Source: Balanoglossus misakiensis (taxonomy: Eukaryota > Animalia > Hemichordata). From it: a stretch of 64,000 bases of DNA. The position numbers were made by a program, and so were the translations under genes. Below, piece by piece: positions 27,468 through 39,434 of the stretch; positions within the stretch are counted from its first letter, which is position 1; each line of letters opens with the position of its first letter. The stretch lies in contig CM082597.2 in NCBI GenBank assembly GCA_040954595.2, positions 310,001 through 374,000 on the forward strand, in the 5' to 3' direction. The notes under the pieces are model-generated. The model saw only the letters and a program-made list of their open reading frames with translations, ran no database searches and was not told the origin of the DNA.

Positions 27468-29605
27468 ATGATCCTGAGAAAGGTGTTCCTTCTTTTGGTG
27501 TTGGGTTTCGGATCTGTCGACGCAAACGGTCAGACAGAAGGAGGTAAATACAAACCATTTTTGCTTTTTTTCATTTATAAAATCCGTATTAAGAGACATA
27601 CCCCTGCCAGTATACCCATGGTTGTATTGTACCGTGTGGCATGATATTCAAAGGATGCCAACAGATAAACTGATCTATAAATTTAGAGAGCTAATACATT
27701 ATTTCTTGATTTGATACTGTTAACTGCTGTTGTAGGAAACACACAACATTTGCTAACTAACTATTTATTAGTTCTCATATTCTGATGCTCTTTGAGTCTG
27801 TGACCTGCATCCGAACAACCAATTTCCAAACATAACAGCATACTCCTTCGTTTTTTTTCACTTGTAAAAATAGAATTGTACAATTACTCATTGTTATTTC
27901 TGACTGAGAGATCTACAATATAAACATGCACTAGAGAATTGAGTGACAGATGCAATGTTTAATCTGGTATGAATGCATGCATACGTAAAACGTTTGACTA
28001 GCATCATGTATTGGAAAGAGTAATGGAAATTGTTACTGTGGATATCTCAATTCTCATTTGTGTTAAATAAACAAAGAGAAAATGAAAATGAGCAATGAAG
28101 CGAAGCAAAGTAAGCTATTCACAAAATTGGATTACATTGTCTAAAATGATTAATTTTCGCAGCAGTGACACAGTTTATAGTCTGCTAATGGAGGTTGTTA
28201 AAATTTATAGGAATTAGTCATGAAACAAGAGGCAAAACTTGTCATATCGGTGATTCTACTCAAGGCTACCAGTATTTCTATTACTTTCACTAGTTTCAGG
28301 GCTAAGCAGAAATGTTTTTATAAGTGTTTCATTGCGGTTATCAGTCATAACGTTTTGAATTTTAATACTTTTCATACCATTCCAATGTTCATCACTTTGA
28401 TTCAAATGATTGTTTTAACAGTATTTCAATTTTCACTATTCATGCTTTTTTATTAATTTTATTGATTACATTGCAAAGTACACTAAGATACCCGGGTATT
28501 CAGGGTGCTTTAAATAAATAAGTGTATAAACAAATAAATAAATAATTATTATCATCAATATATACTCATTGACCACCACCACCATCACCACAATCATCAT
28601 CATCAACAACAGGAAGAACACCACCACCACCACCACCACCATCATCATCATCATTATCATTCCTTTGTTGTCTTTCACTACTGCAGTTCCCTGTGGTCTT
28701 TATACAAATGTGGAGACGACTCTGAACAACAACATAAGCATATCATCAGCAGGCGATGTCCCAAGGGAATGTGACAATTCACAATGTACAACTAAATGGC
28801 TAATCCACACTCCGGATGCAAGATACATTCGACTGAAATTGCTACACATGAGAATACCACCAGACAACTCAATTGAATTTTACCTCGCCAAAGAATGTCC
28901 GACTGATGAACAGAAGGAAGAGAAACGTTTCTCTGGTTACCGACCACCATCGGAAGATATTCTTATCCAGAATAGATATGCATGGGTTATACTACAATCA
29001 TATTCCGAACATGACTTTAACAGTTTTCAACTCATCGCTATGGCAGGTATGCAAGTTTAAATTATTATTTCTGCAGTTTTGTTTTAAAATGTTCTGGTTA
29101 CAAACACAGAGCTGATGAAGTGACGTTAGTTGTTGCTGTTGTTAATGATGTTGATGTTGTTAATAATGTTGATGAAGACGGCAACATATTCATTCATGTA
29201 TATCGATATGTTTGGTTTTGATTGTTTATTTGTGTCTTTCTTTTTTATTTACGCAGATCTAAATGACTGTAGTCCAAATCCGTGTAAAAACAGCGGTCAC
29301 TGTGTTGATGATTACCGTGCATACAGATGTTCCTGTCAGGGTGGATTTACTGGAAACAACTGCGATATCGGTAAGATGTAAATTCTTTGAACAAGCAATT
29401 TAGGTTTTGAGTCATTTAGGGACCGTTGAAGGTAAAGCATTGTTGCCTTTTTCATCAACATTATATAAAAATATCAACACATTACCACAATTACCGGTTG
29501 TGTGTTAACGACCGACCATTTTATTGCAGTTGTCACAACTACTCAGAAAACGGTTGCCATGAACACACTGACTGGTTTGTCAACAATAACAAAACCATTA
29601 AGGCC

Positions 29606-29640
<35 letters not shown>

Positions 29641-32600
29641 ATTTAATGAGAATGGAAACTAATACGTTCAACAGAATGACTCCCACCCTTCCAGGTAGGT
29701 TGATATCAGGTTACTCACCGATATTGGAAATTATCTGTAACTTGAGTCTTTCATTGTGAACTTGATATGCTTGTCTGATGCCTTCCGGAAATGATCAGGT
29801 TTTCTTTCAAAAGGGTGTGTAGGTGTTCACCAGCAAAATCCGTCACACTACATTAGTCATTCTGAAAATAAATATCAAAGCATGAAGGAAAACATTTACA
29901 TTAAAATTAATATCGCGAATATTGATATAGCAATAACTTTATACAGAAAAAACAGCAAACAAAGAGTCTTTATTTGTTCTCTATAACCAGCAAGCAGAAG
30001 AGTTAGAACATCCCGAGAAATGGTTTCACTACAACAAAGTGATGTCGTACACTCTTCAAAAACTCAAAATACAGCCACGCTGTCTACTGCACAAGGTGAA
30101 TGTCACCAAACTTATTCAGACACCAAATCTGCTTTAATATCCTAGACGCCTAGGCTTGCATCCAAAGGATGCAGAAAAATCGAACGAAATTTAACATTTC
30201 CGGATATTCAGAACAACAGACGAAACAAGCTTGCCAAACATTTGCTTTTTGGCCAAACCCACATAACACACCGATATACTGATGTTCACCATTTTTTAAT
30301 TCTTTTACCCACAGCTGAAATGGATGAATGTGCAACTGGCGAACACTCCTGTAGTTTTTACTTCCGCCATGAAATCTGTCAAAATAATCGTGATGGCTAC
30401 ACATGCATATGCGCAGATGGGTTTGAATACATTGCTGGTGTTTGTCAGGCCTCACCAATGAGACAATCTGAAGTGTGTACCAACACAGGTAAGATTTTGC
30501 TTTCCTATCTGACAACAAACTTTCAAAATTTTTTGGTCTGTTCACGTCCCTCTTATAGTCCAAGGATGACCAATGGGATGGGAATATCGCATCCGCCATC
30601 ATTGCAAAATAATAAAACCCATATTGTACTTGTTATGTGTTCTTATCATGTGATTCATTTATTGTACATATTTTTCCTGATTGCGATTGCAGATATCACA
30701 GTTAAGAAATGTCCGCAGGTCTTGAACAACAACCGAGTGGTGGTGTGGGATGAAACATACGCTACTTGTACAACTGTTAGCAAACCATGCCAAGCCGGCA
30801 TGATTGGTAAGTGACAAACTTGTATCGGATAATCTGTTGTATTAATTAACCCTTTCACAACCATGGCTCAGTCCAAACCCATTGCTTTCTATGGTATGGT
30901 TAGACCTCTATAGATGGAACTGCATCCTTCAGGACATCAAAAGCATGCCAGAAATATACATGTACCAGTATATACAAATTTAACTGTATAATTAATTAAT
31001 TTAGCCTATCTACTAATTGCATTGGCTTAATTTATATGCATGAGAAGGCCCATTTCCGATATAATGATATACACATTGGTTAATTTGAATTTGATGATTG
31101 ATTTCCATTCCTCACATTAAAAAGTACTGTCTTCACAATTTATAACTCTTCAGTAAAATTTTGTTTTCATTGTTTACAGGTAACATGACCAGACGCTGTC
31201 ATGACAACGGCCAATGGTTACCTCCAGACACAAGTCAATGTGTATCAAGGCAATTATTGAATATTAATGACAAAGTAATTTAAAAATTTAATATAATAAT
31301 TGCTGTAATTTCAGAGATAATATCAGAAGATATGGCCATTCATGAAAGGTGGTCGTGTGTAGGATCTTGACTTTGATAAACCAACATATGGATGACAAAA
31401 GACTGAAGTGAATAAATTTCTTTCTATTCGGCAGTGTCAGAATATGAACAGCTTACAGTCTGCATCAGACATCGTGAGTGATCTTAAGCGTTTTGTCAAA
31501 CCTGGTGGCACCCAAACATCTGGGAACTTATTAGCAGCTTCAGAAATTATTCGAGACGTTCTTAGGAAGAGGCCTCTGGAAATGACTGAAGACATATCAT
31601 CCAAGAAATCGTTTATTTTTGTAAGTACGATTAATAATTCAACAATTATATGTATGAATTTATGAATCTTTACAACAATCTCAATCAAATATGTCCACAA
31701 TAATGGAGTTACAATAATGGAGATGACCATTTTGATCAAAATGAAATTAAGCAACTACCAAGACAAAGCATCATTGGTTTACGTCATCAAGACATCTAAC
31801 AATTCTCTGTCTTTGCTTTCAAAGGACATGGTTGATTTAATGGCGACTTTCTTTGATGAAGATCTGTTTGATGTCTGGCAAGATTTATTCCAGGTAGGAC
31901 AGCTGTGAAACAACAAACTTTTTTGTATATGCATGGATGCCAAGTTCTATTTATTACAACTATAATTTAATATTGCATTGCAGACATCATCCCCAAACAC
32001 TGCATTAGAACCTCTTTGGATTAACACACGCATCTTATCAAAAAATGTCTACCTGTCCACCAATGAATCACTTACAGTTCGGACAAAAAACCTAGGTAAG
32101 CATATCTTTTTGTGACTGTCTTTTTACTTTCTAAAAACTACACACCTGTGACACTTAAACGTCTTTTTGCACACATGTTTACTCCATAAAACGTTCCTCT
32201 ACTTCGTTTAGATTTCCAAACATCGCCACTTGGAGGCGCTTCCACAAGGAACGTCAACGAAAACGAAAGTTACGAGAATCGGAGTCACAGGTTCAAACGT
32301 TGGGTTGAGGGCATATCTGATGATGTCACTGTTCAACTGAATTCAGCCAAATCTGCTAACTCAGGTAAGGTTCTAATTATTGGCCATACTTTGATGTTTG
32401 TATAAAATTCATTTCTGCAAACCAGTGCAGTATTTCATTTAAAATTGAACTACATCCTTCACCACTATCAAGCCTGACTTAAAGAAACATTAATATGTGT
32501 CATCTTACAGACGAACAATTGTGGATCACAAAAATGAACTTCAAAACCCTTGGCAATATACTGCCTCCGACTTTCGTTGATGAACCGTAAGTATAAGACT

Positions 32601-35600
32601 TGGGCCATGTTGGTATCATCACCATTATTTCATGCATAGCACATTATATTATAACTTGTAACATCCTATAACATGCATCGCCTATACTATCGACAGAAGC
32701 CCAGTAGAACAATCTTCAAGTGCAAACGAGGCAGAGAACACCATATTGGAAGTGTATTCAGACTTGATCGCAGTGCATTTATTCCCCGAAAAGCATATCG
32801 TGCCACGTGATGTCAGAATTATTGTCAAATTTAATCATGGAGAGGTAAACATGAAACATCTTAATTATTCATTTTATATGTGTTAGTTTCCTCCTGATAA
32901 TGCATGACATTCTGGACTATCTCCACTTGTAGAATATTTTACCAAAAAAACTGTTTGCTAGAGGTATCATGGTATGTGGGATTGCGGTATACAGTCGAAA
33001 TATATTATGGCAACAAGCAATGAATCATTTATTTTCATAAATGGTAATTCCTTTTCTCTAATTGATCTCTTCTCACCCCAGACAAAATCAATCACTCAGA
33101 CATGTGCATACCTGGTCAATGGACAAAGTACTGGGTAGGTATATTCTTTGGTGCATTTACTCTCACCTCAACAGTTTATGAATTTATTCAAATGTATAAT
33201 TTCTTTCACATTCCAGTTGCCTTCTCAAGCGAGTTATTTTTGTTTCAGAATATGGAACACTGAAGGGTGTTTTGTTCAAGAACAAAACAGCAAAGAAGGG
33301 TACACCCTGTGCAATTGTAGTCATCTTGGTGAATTTGGACTAATTATGAAGTTCCTACCCAGCGTTGAAAAACTGATTAATCCAGGCAAGGTTAGTCAAT
33401 TTTTGTTCTGGTGAGTAGGGAATGTTTGAGATCGGCATGTTGTACATAATCGTAAAGATAGTTTGATGTATTTAAATGAATTAATTCCCCAATTATATCA
33501 TTTACCCACAGGATTTTGTTGTGGTAATTCTAGGTGTTGCTATGGCAATAGAGACCATTTCCCTGAGCATGCTATTACTTGCCAGGTATGTAAACAGTAA
33601 TCTGTATATTTCGATGGGTGGGGTGAGTGTATAACGTTGTATAATTTGATGTACTAATTAACTGTTGATGTAAATTTATATATACTGTTTTCATACACAT
33701 CCTTAACGTTAAAGTATTGCAAATGTTGGATTTTCACTTACCAGTGAATTTCTCCATCTTTTAAGGATAAACAACGACCATCACTTTGTGTTGAAAAACT
33801 CTGTAATATCCATGCTCTGCCTGAATGCCTTAATCTTCACTGCAGCCAAATACCACATCGAGGGAACGGTAAGGGCACTGTAGATAAACAATTTATAAAC
33901 AATTTACTCTATGATGCTGTTAAAAGTCTAGATGTTGAGTTTCGTTTTCACTTGCATTGTACAAAAACACTAAGCATAGGACAACTGCCGTTACTTCATT
34001 ACATTACAAATAAAATGACATTGCAACTGTCAACGAAACACAAACTTTAAGTTGAATTGAAAACTTTAAAGAATTAAGATTCAGCTTGAGTGATTGATTT
34101 CTGATTATGTCCTTGCAAACGAACGTCCAAAGATGGAGATACAGAATTGTTCTTACCGTAATCTTGCAGGTACACTGTCTGCTCATCGCTTTCTGTGTCA
34201 ATGCATTGTTGCTCAGTACATGCTCCTGGTTGCTGGTCATGGCTATACATCTCTTGCTGCGAATGAAAACATTCATTTACAGAAGTTCAAGGGCAAGGTA
34301 GGATAACAGCTACATGTAACAGACAACTACAATCAAACCTGTGTTATTGGCCACCTATATATAGTGGCCACTTTGTTACAATCCCTGTGAAATGCACATA
34401 TGCAGAAAATAACATTTATAACAGGGTGTCCACTTTGTTACAATCCCTGTGAAATGCACATATGCAGAAAATAACATTTATAACAGGGTGTCCACTTTGT
34501 TACAATCCCTGTGAAATGCACATATGCAGAAAATAACATTTATAACAGTGTGTCCACTTTGTTACAATCCCTGTGAAATGCACATATGCAGAAAATAACA
34601 TTTATAACAGTGTGTCCACTTTGTTACAATCCCTGTGAAATGCACATATGCAGAAAATAACATTTATAACAGGGTGTCCACTTTGTTACAATCCCTGTGA
34701 AATGTACATATGCAGAAAATAACATTTATAACAGGGTGTCCACTTTGTTACAATCCCTGTGAAATGCACATATGCAGAAAATAACATTTATAACAGGGTG
34801 TCCACTTTGTTACAATCCCTGTGAAATGCACATATGCAGAAAATAACATTTATAACAGGGTGTTTTTTTCATTCTTTTCAGAGTGTCCTATGTTATCATT
34901 GGTTGGGTCAGCCCAGTTATCTATTGTATATTCTCTGTGGCAGCAATACACAAAGATTATCGAAATGCAAAGTTGTAAGTTCTCAATTACATGTAACTAA
35001 AACACTAATCACAAATTGACTTTGAATTATGAATCCATGAAAAACAGCAAATAAATACCTTGGCCTGACTGTTTCTTCCACTTCCAGATGTTGGGTCATT
35101 ACTGGTGAAGTATCCCTTACCATTATTGTGCCAGCGATGATTCTCTATATGGTAAGTAATATGATAAGTGTTACGACCAATAAAGAAATATCAGATGAGT
35201 ATCTCTGAGCTCACATGTGTGTGTATGTGTGAGTGGTAGACCTTTGATTCTGTCACATATATCTGTCTACAAATAACATGTGTGTTTTTGTAACTATAAA
35301 TCTCCAACCAACAGGTAACTCTAACTTTGATGCTGATCACATACCGGATATTAAATCGTTTCAAGTACAAAGTAAATATGGATGAATTTGACCTAACCCT
35401 GTAAGTCGATATTTTGCTCGTAATCATACCATTCTAGTAAAATCCTTCAAAGCTAGTCCAATGTCATGATGGCTGCTAGACTTATGAAAAGGGTGTATTG
35501 AAAAGCACTTTCTTGTTATGCTTCTTAATGAAGATATTTTGACTGTATTCACTCAGGGTTGATCTACGTTCATTGGCAATATTATTCGCCCTGTATACTC

Positions 35601-37861
35601 TAAGTTGGATATCTGGAATGTGGGCAATCACGGCCGATGTCACAGCAGCCAGGGCTATATTCTCATTTCTCCTACTCACAAAGGTAATCTTTTGATGTAA
35701 CACTTTACTTCAACATATAACTGTTCATACAATTATATAGAACACACTTTAGAATTCATTATTTTCAATAGTGAGGGAATTGTGAAAAAAATATGAAAAA
35801 TATAAATAGGAGAAAATATGAAAAATTATTAAACAATATACTCTCATAACTGTTAAATGTTAGTCACTTGGGACAAATTACAGCCATAAAATGCCTAATT
35901 TTATGTTCCATATTTTCATAGGCTGCATTCCTCCTATACCATGTTATATCCAATAAAGAGGTATGATTTCTTTTGGATTTTGATGTTTTATTTCGTGTGA
36001 TGTGATATGTGTGACATAGGGACTGTGGTATTACTGCATGTTTTTACTTGTGTTCCTACAATTTTCTAGTTTTGTGATGTGATTGTGATGTAATGTGGTA
36101 TAGAAATGATTTGTGTGCAATTATCATTGTTATTGAAAACAACAGTTCCCAGAAACTTACCTTTGTTGACAAACAAACTGGATAAGATGAATGTTGATTT
36201 CTTGTGCTGTACTGTTGTTGTAGTTATCTTGGCGTTCCATTACCATACTCTGTGTACAAAATGTGTTGAGAAGAATAAAGATTATACATGTTAGGCTTAA
36301 ACAAAAAGGTGTAGTTCGTTCGCTTTTGCAGTATCCTTATATTACAAATACATGCAATATGACAAGACCTCTCAGCACATGCAGTCGCTGTTGTATAACC
36401 AGAAGTGAGATGGTAGCTTCACTCCAAGAAATTCTGGACAGCAAGCGACACTGACTGTTTATCGACATGGCCTCAATGTTTCCATCCTGTCCCCAGTTTC
36501 TTTAAGGCTAAAAGAGTCTACGTTCGCCAACGTGAGACGCAAGAATTGCTAGATTCCTTGACCTGGGATATGTACATTTTCATCTACACGACGACGATAT
36601 GTTACAACTTATACTGGGGACGGCCTTGGTCTGCAAATTAAGAAGATTAAACGGCCTTTTTAGGGTCACCACAGCCTCCAAACAGACACCATCCATGGAA
36701 TACTATTCACAGCTTTTATCTTACCTCTAAAAATCAGACAGAAATTAAAAAATGCGCTTGTTCTTGTGTCGTGCCTGTGCTTCCTGTCCGCAAGCTGACT
36801 TTGCTACTTTTTACGATCAGCGACTTATGCTAAGTTTCGTCTGATTGGCTCAATGTCCGATGCTTGCAGTTTTGCAGCCAATTACAATGTATGTTTCATA
36901 ATTAAGTACTGCCCATCCCCTGTCGTTCCTACGCTTGTATATGTGAAATGGAATACATCCGTAACGAACATCAATTAAATCAGTGTCGCAACACAGGGAG
37001 ATAAAACAACGTATTTTCCTGTCAACCGTAACTTTAGAAAATAAACATTCGTTCGCGGTGTCACTATAAGAAATTAGCCTAGACAGTGCTAATTGGTGTT
37101 TATGGAAGCGAAGGGGGTCGTTTACACACAGTTTGCGGTCTCTTCTTCCAGTCAAAAGAAATGATATCAATTATCTTTGAACAATACACACAGACACATT
37201 TAAGACATTTTAGAGAGACGTTTGTTTCAATGACAATGAAACAATATTTGTGATATTTCCACGCTTGCAAACTTTCGTTTAAATGAGAGCCTGCGAGAGG
37301 GTTCGAGGTTAAATGCAACACAGTTCACAATCCCTAAACTTAACTACCACACCCATTTTAATATCCTTGAAATGACAGACGCGTATTTTATTTTATATCA
37401 ATCCAGGTTGCCGATTCGTTACGTCTACAACTTTGTTGTGTTTATGGTTGTGACTGTACAGCCACCATGCGACAGCTGAGCGAAATCAACCAACGACGAA
37501 AAGACACTATCACACAATCTCGGCTCGAGATTAAAAAACAGCGACAATGGCGAAAAGCAGCGAAAGACTTAAAAAGTTCCAATGGAGGTGAAAACGAGTC
37601 ACCAACACCATCACAACGAGAGATAGAAAGACAATTACGAACTGCAGATCGATTGCAATGGGAGGCATATATTAAACCACAAGGTACTGTTTGGGTAAGT
37701 ATAAAAAAAAATCCTGAAAGTAAAATGTCCTTCAGAAATCGGGTCGGTAGCTATGATGTAATTAATTAATCACCGTTGTTTTATATTTTTCACGACAGGT
37801 TGTAAAGCACAAGACATCTTCACGTAGTAATTTCGCCGATTCACCAGAAAGCCTTGTGTAA
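27468..37861 (+). CDS. Adhesion GPCR C: signal peptide, CUB, EGF, Thr-rich stalk, Ca-binding EGF, HRM, GAIN with degenerate GPS, divergent 7TM, C-terminal PDZ ligand; 26 coding exons, ~1068 aa
   Basis: Exons: 27468-27543 ([19 protein letters not shown]), 28687-29046 (CUB), 29257-29370 ([19 protein letters not shown]), 29530-29694, 29991-30095, 30315-30488 (EGF), 30693-30806 + 31180-31274 (HRM: CP...WDET...PC...[23 protein letters not shown]), 31435-31620, 31825-31893, 31984-32095, 32212-32364, 32511-32586, 32697-32844, 33082-33134, 33249-33390 (WNTEGC...[13 protein letters not shown]), 33512-33585, 33766-33868, 34170-34297, 34882-34974, 35088-35151, 35315-35400, 35557-35683, 35922-35960, 37407-37694, 37799-37861 (..PESLV*). 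Total 3207 nt, open. Confidence 0.87.
28572..28660. repeat. (CAC)n/(CAT)n degenerate microsatellite just upstream of the CUB exon acceptor
   Basis: Directly visible. Confidence 0.85.
28687..29046 (+). CDS. Gene C CUB-domain exon
   Basis: PCG...C-x-x-K-W-L-I...I-R-L-K-L...RFSG...AWVILQS...F pattern in one 360-nt phase-1 exon. Confidence 0.75.
29607..29639 (+). repeat. Coding (ACA)11 repeat encoding poly-Thr in the gene C mucin stalk
   Basis: In frame within exon 29530-29694 ([16 protein letters not shown]). Confidence 0.85.
34368..34863. repeat. Minisatellite, 8 x 62 bp, in the gene C intron between the TM3 and TM4 exons
   Basis: Unit CCACTTTGTTACAATCCCTGTGAAATGCACATATGCAGAAAATAACATTTATAACAGGGTGT starts at 34368, 34430, 34492, 34554, 34616, 34678, 34740 and 34802. 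Only 3 substitutions seen across the array. Confidence 0.98.
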
Positions 37862-39297
37862 AAATGACATCGATCTCGTCCTTGACAACTGGTACCAGTT
37901 CGGGAACTTCAAAATCACCCAAGCAACTTCTACACCTGTGTAGGCCTAATCACTGTGAAGATGGTCTATCGTAAAATCGGATTTAATTTTTAAATAGATT
38001 ATGCGCATTTGCCGGATACATGTTTCGCGTATATTTATGGTCTAAAGATTAATTAGGCCTATTACTACATGTATTTACTTCTCAGAAAAAAATATCAATA
38101 TACACACATATTTTTAGATTTTAGAGAAAGATGCATTTCCATTTCTGAGACTGTTAGTTGCAAATCGTGTTATATATGCACTGGATCATTTTTTAATATT
38201 TAATTTGGGAGACAAACATGATACGCGAGATGCAAAAGAACGAAACTTCTACTGTCGCGGATTCAACTCTTTCGATCTCTTTGGTCATTACCTTAACTTT
38301 CGTTTACTTCACACCATAGCATTTTGTATAAGCGCGTTAGTAAAATATATCAGTGTAGAAATATGTTCCGTGTCGTTTATATTTGTGTTGACTGACAAAA
38401 ATGAAATACGCGATCACAGTACGTGAATATTCTCTCGCTTGGTCTCCGTACCCAGTGTGTTTTAGTATGAAGACCAGGCTAAATATTCCAATAACAAGGT
38501 GGTGTCTGTTTTATGAAGGTTTCCACGTGGCATGAATGAGCAGGGAATAATATGTAAATATTCTAGGGAATATTTACATTCTAGGGAATATTTACATAAG
38601 AGGATGGCCATGGTGGCTGCTCACCTTTGGTTCGTGGAATGGACTTCGGCAAATCTGAACGAATAGCAGATTCTTTCGTCATAGAGCCCTGAAAATTTTC
38701 CCAGAGAAGTTCTCCAAACTCCTGAACCAACCTCATTCATCCTCGTCAGCATCTTCACGTTTTTTCTACACCGCTTTCTACCAAATTTCAGAAACGAATC
38801 CGACATGATGGGGTCACTGTAGGCGACGTGAACGAAGTGGTGCGTGTTACGCACTGCGAAACACCTGGTGAAACTTTATTGCACGTGGCTACTCTCAACC
38901 AATGAAATCTCTGTATACAGATGGACGTTCTGATTGTCTATTGGCTGAAAAGTGTGTACTTTATTGGTCATGTTTTATATCAGTGTTGTCTAGTGCCATT
39001 AGGTGTACGTACGTGCGACACCGTGAGTACATTTTTTCAACATTTACAGTCAAATAATTGGCCACTTTCACGCACTCTGTCGGAGGTATCTGCTTTCAAA
39101 TTGATTGCCATTCCATTTCTGTTTTTGAGAAAGAAAGTCCACTCAAATGAAAAAGCCCAACAACTTTTTCGAGCACCTTGTCAGGAGATCGCTTCCATTA
39201 AAATTGATGTCTGGATATCCATGAAAGTTATTTCTCCTTTGGTAGGTTAATAATATGATGGTTTCCCTGCCCCATTACTGCCGCTGGCTGCGCTCGG

Positions 39298-39375
39298 GGC
39301 AATGGGGTGACTAATACCGTTAATACCTAACAAGGCAATAGGGTGACTAATACTGTTACTCAACCAAGGCAATGG
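39298..39375. repeat. Short degenerate tandem repeat (~35 bp, 2+ copies), probably part of a non-autonomous element between gene C and robo
   Basis: GGCAATGGGGTGACTAATACCGTTA.. / GGCAATAGGGTGACTAATACTGTTA.. / GGCAATGG. Confidence 0.6.
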
Positions 39376-39434
39376 CTTATGGGGAGCATAAAGAATAACA
39401 AACAGACACGATAACTGAGATGAAAGTATTTTTG

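Noticed and set aside
30846-30920. TTAACCCTTT piggyBac-like terminus
   Set aside because: No matching opposite terminus found; at most a remnant.
34368-34863. Regular repeat array as a possible CRISPR array
   Set aside because: Units are contiguous and near-identical with no unique spacers; it lies in a eukaryotic intron and there are no cas genes.
36507-36641. Open frame after TTTAAG as the terminal exon of gene C ([10 protein letters not shown]...)
   Set aside because: Exon 37407-37694 supplies the expected NKE|V helix-8 continuation and a PDZ-ending tail; this segment looks like intronic or repeat sequence.
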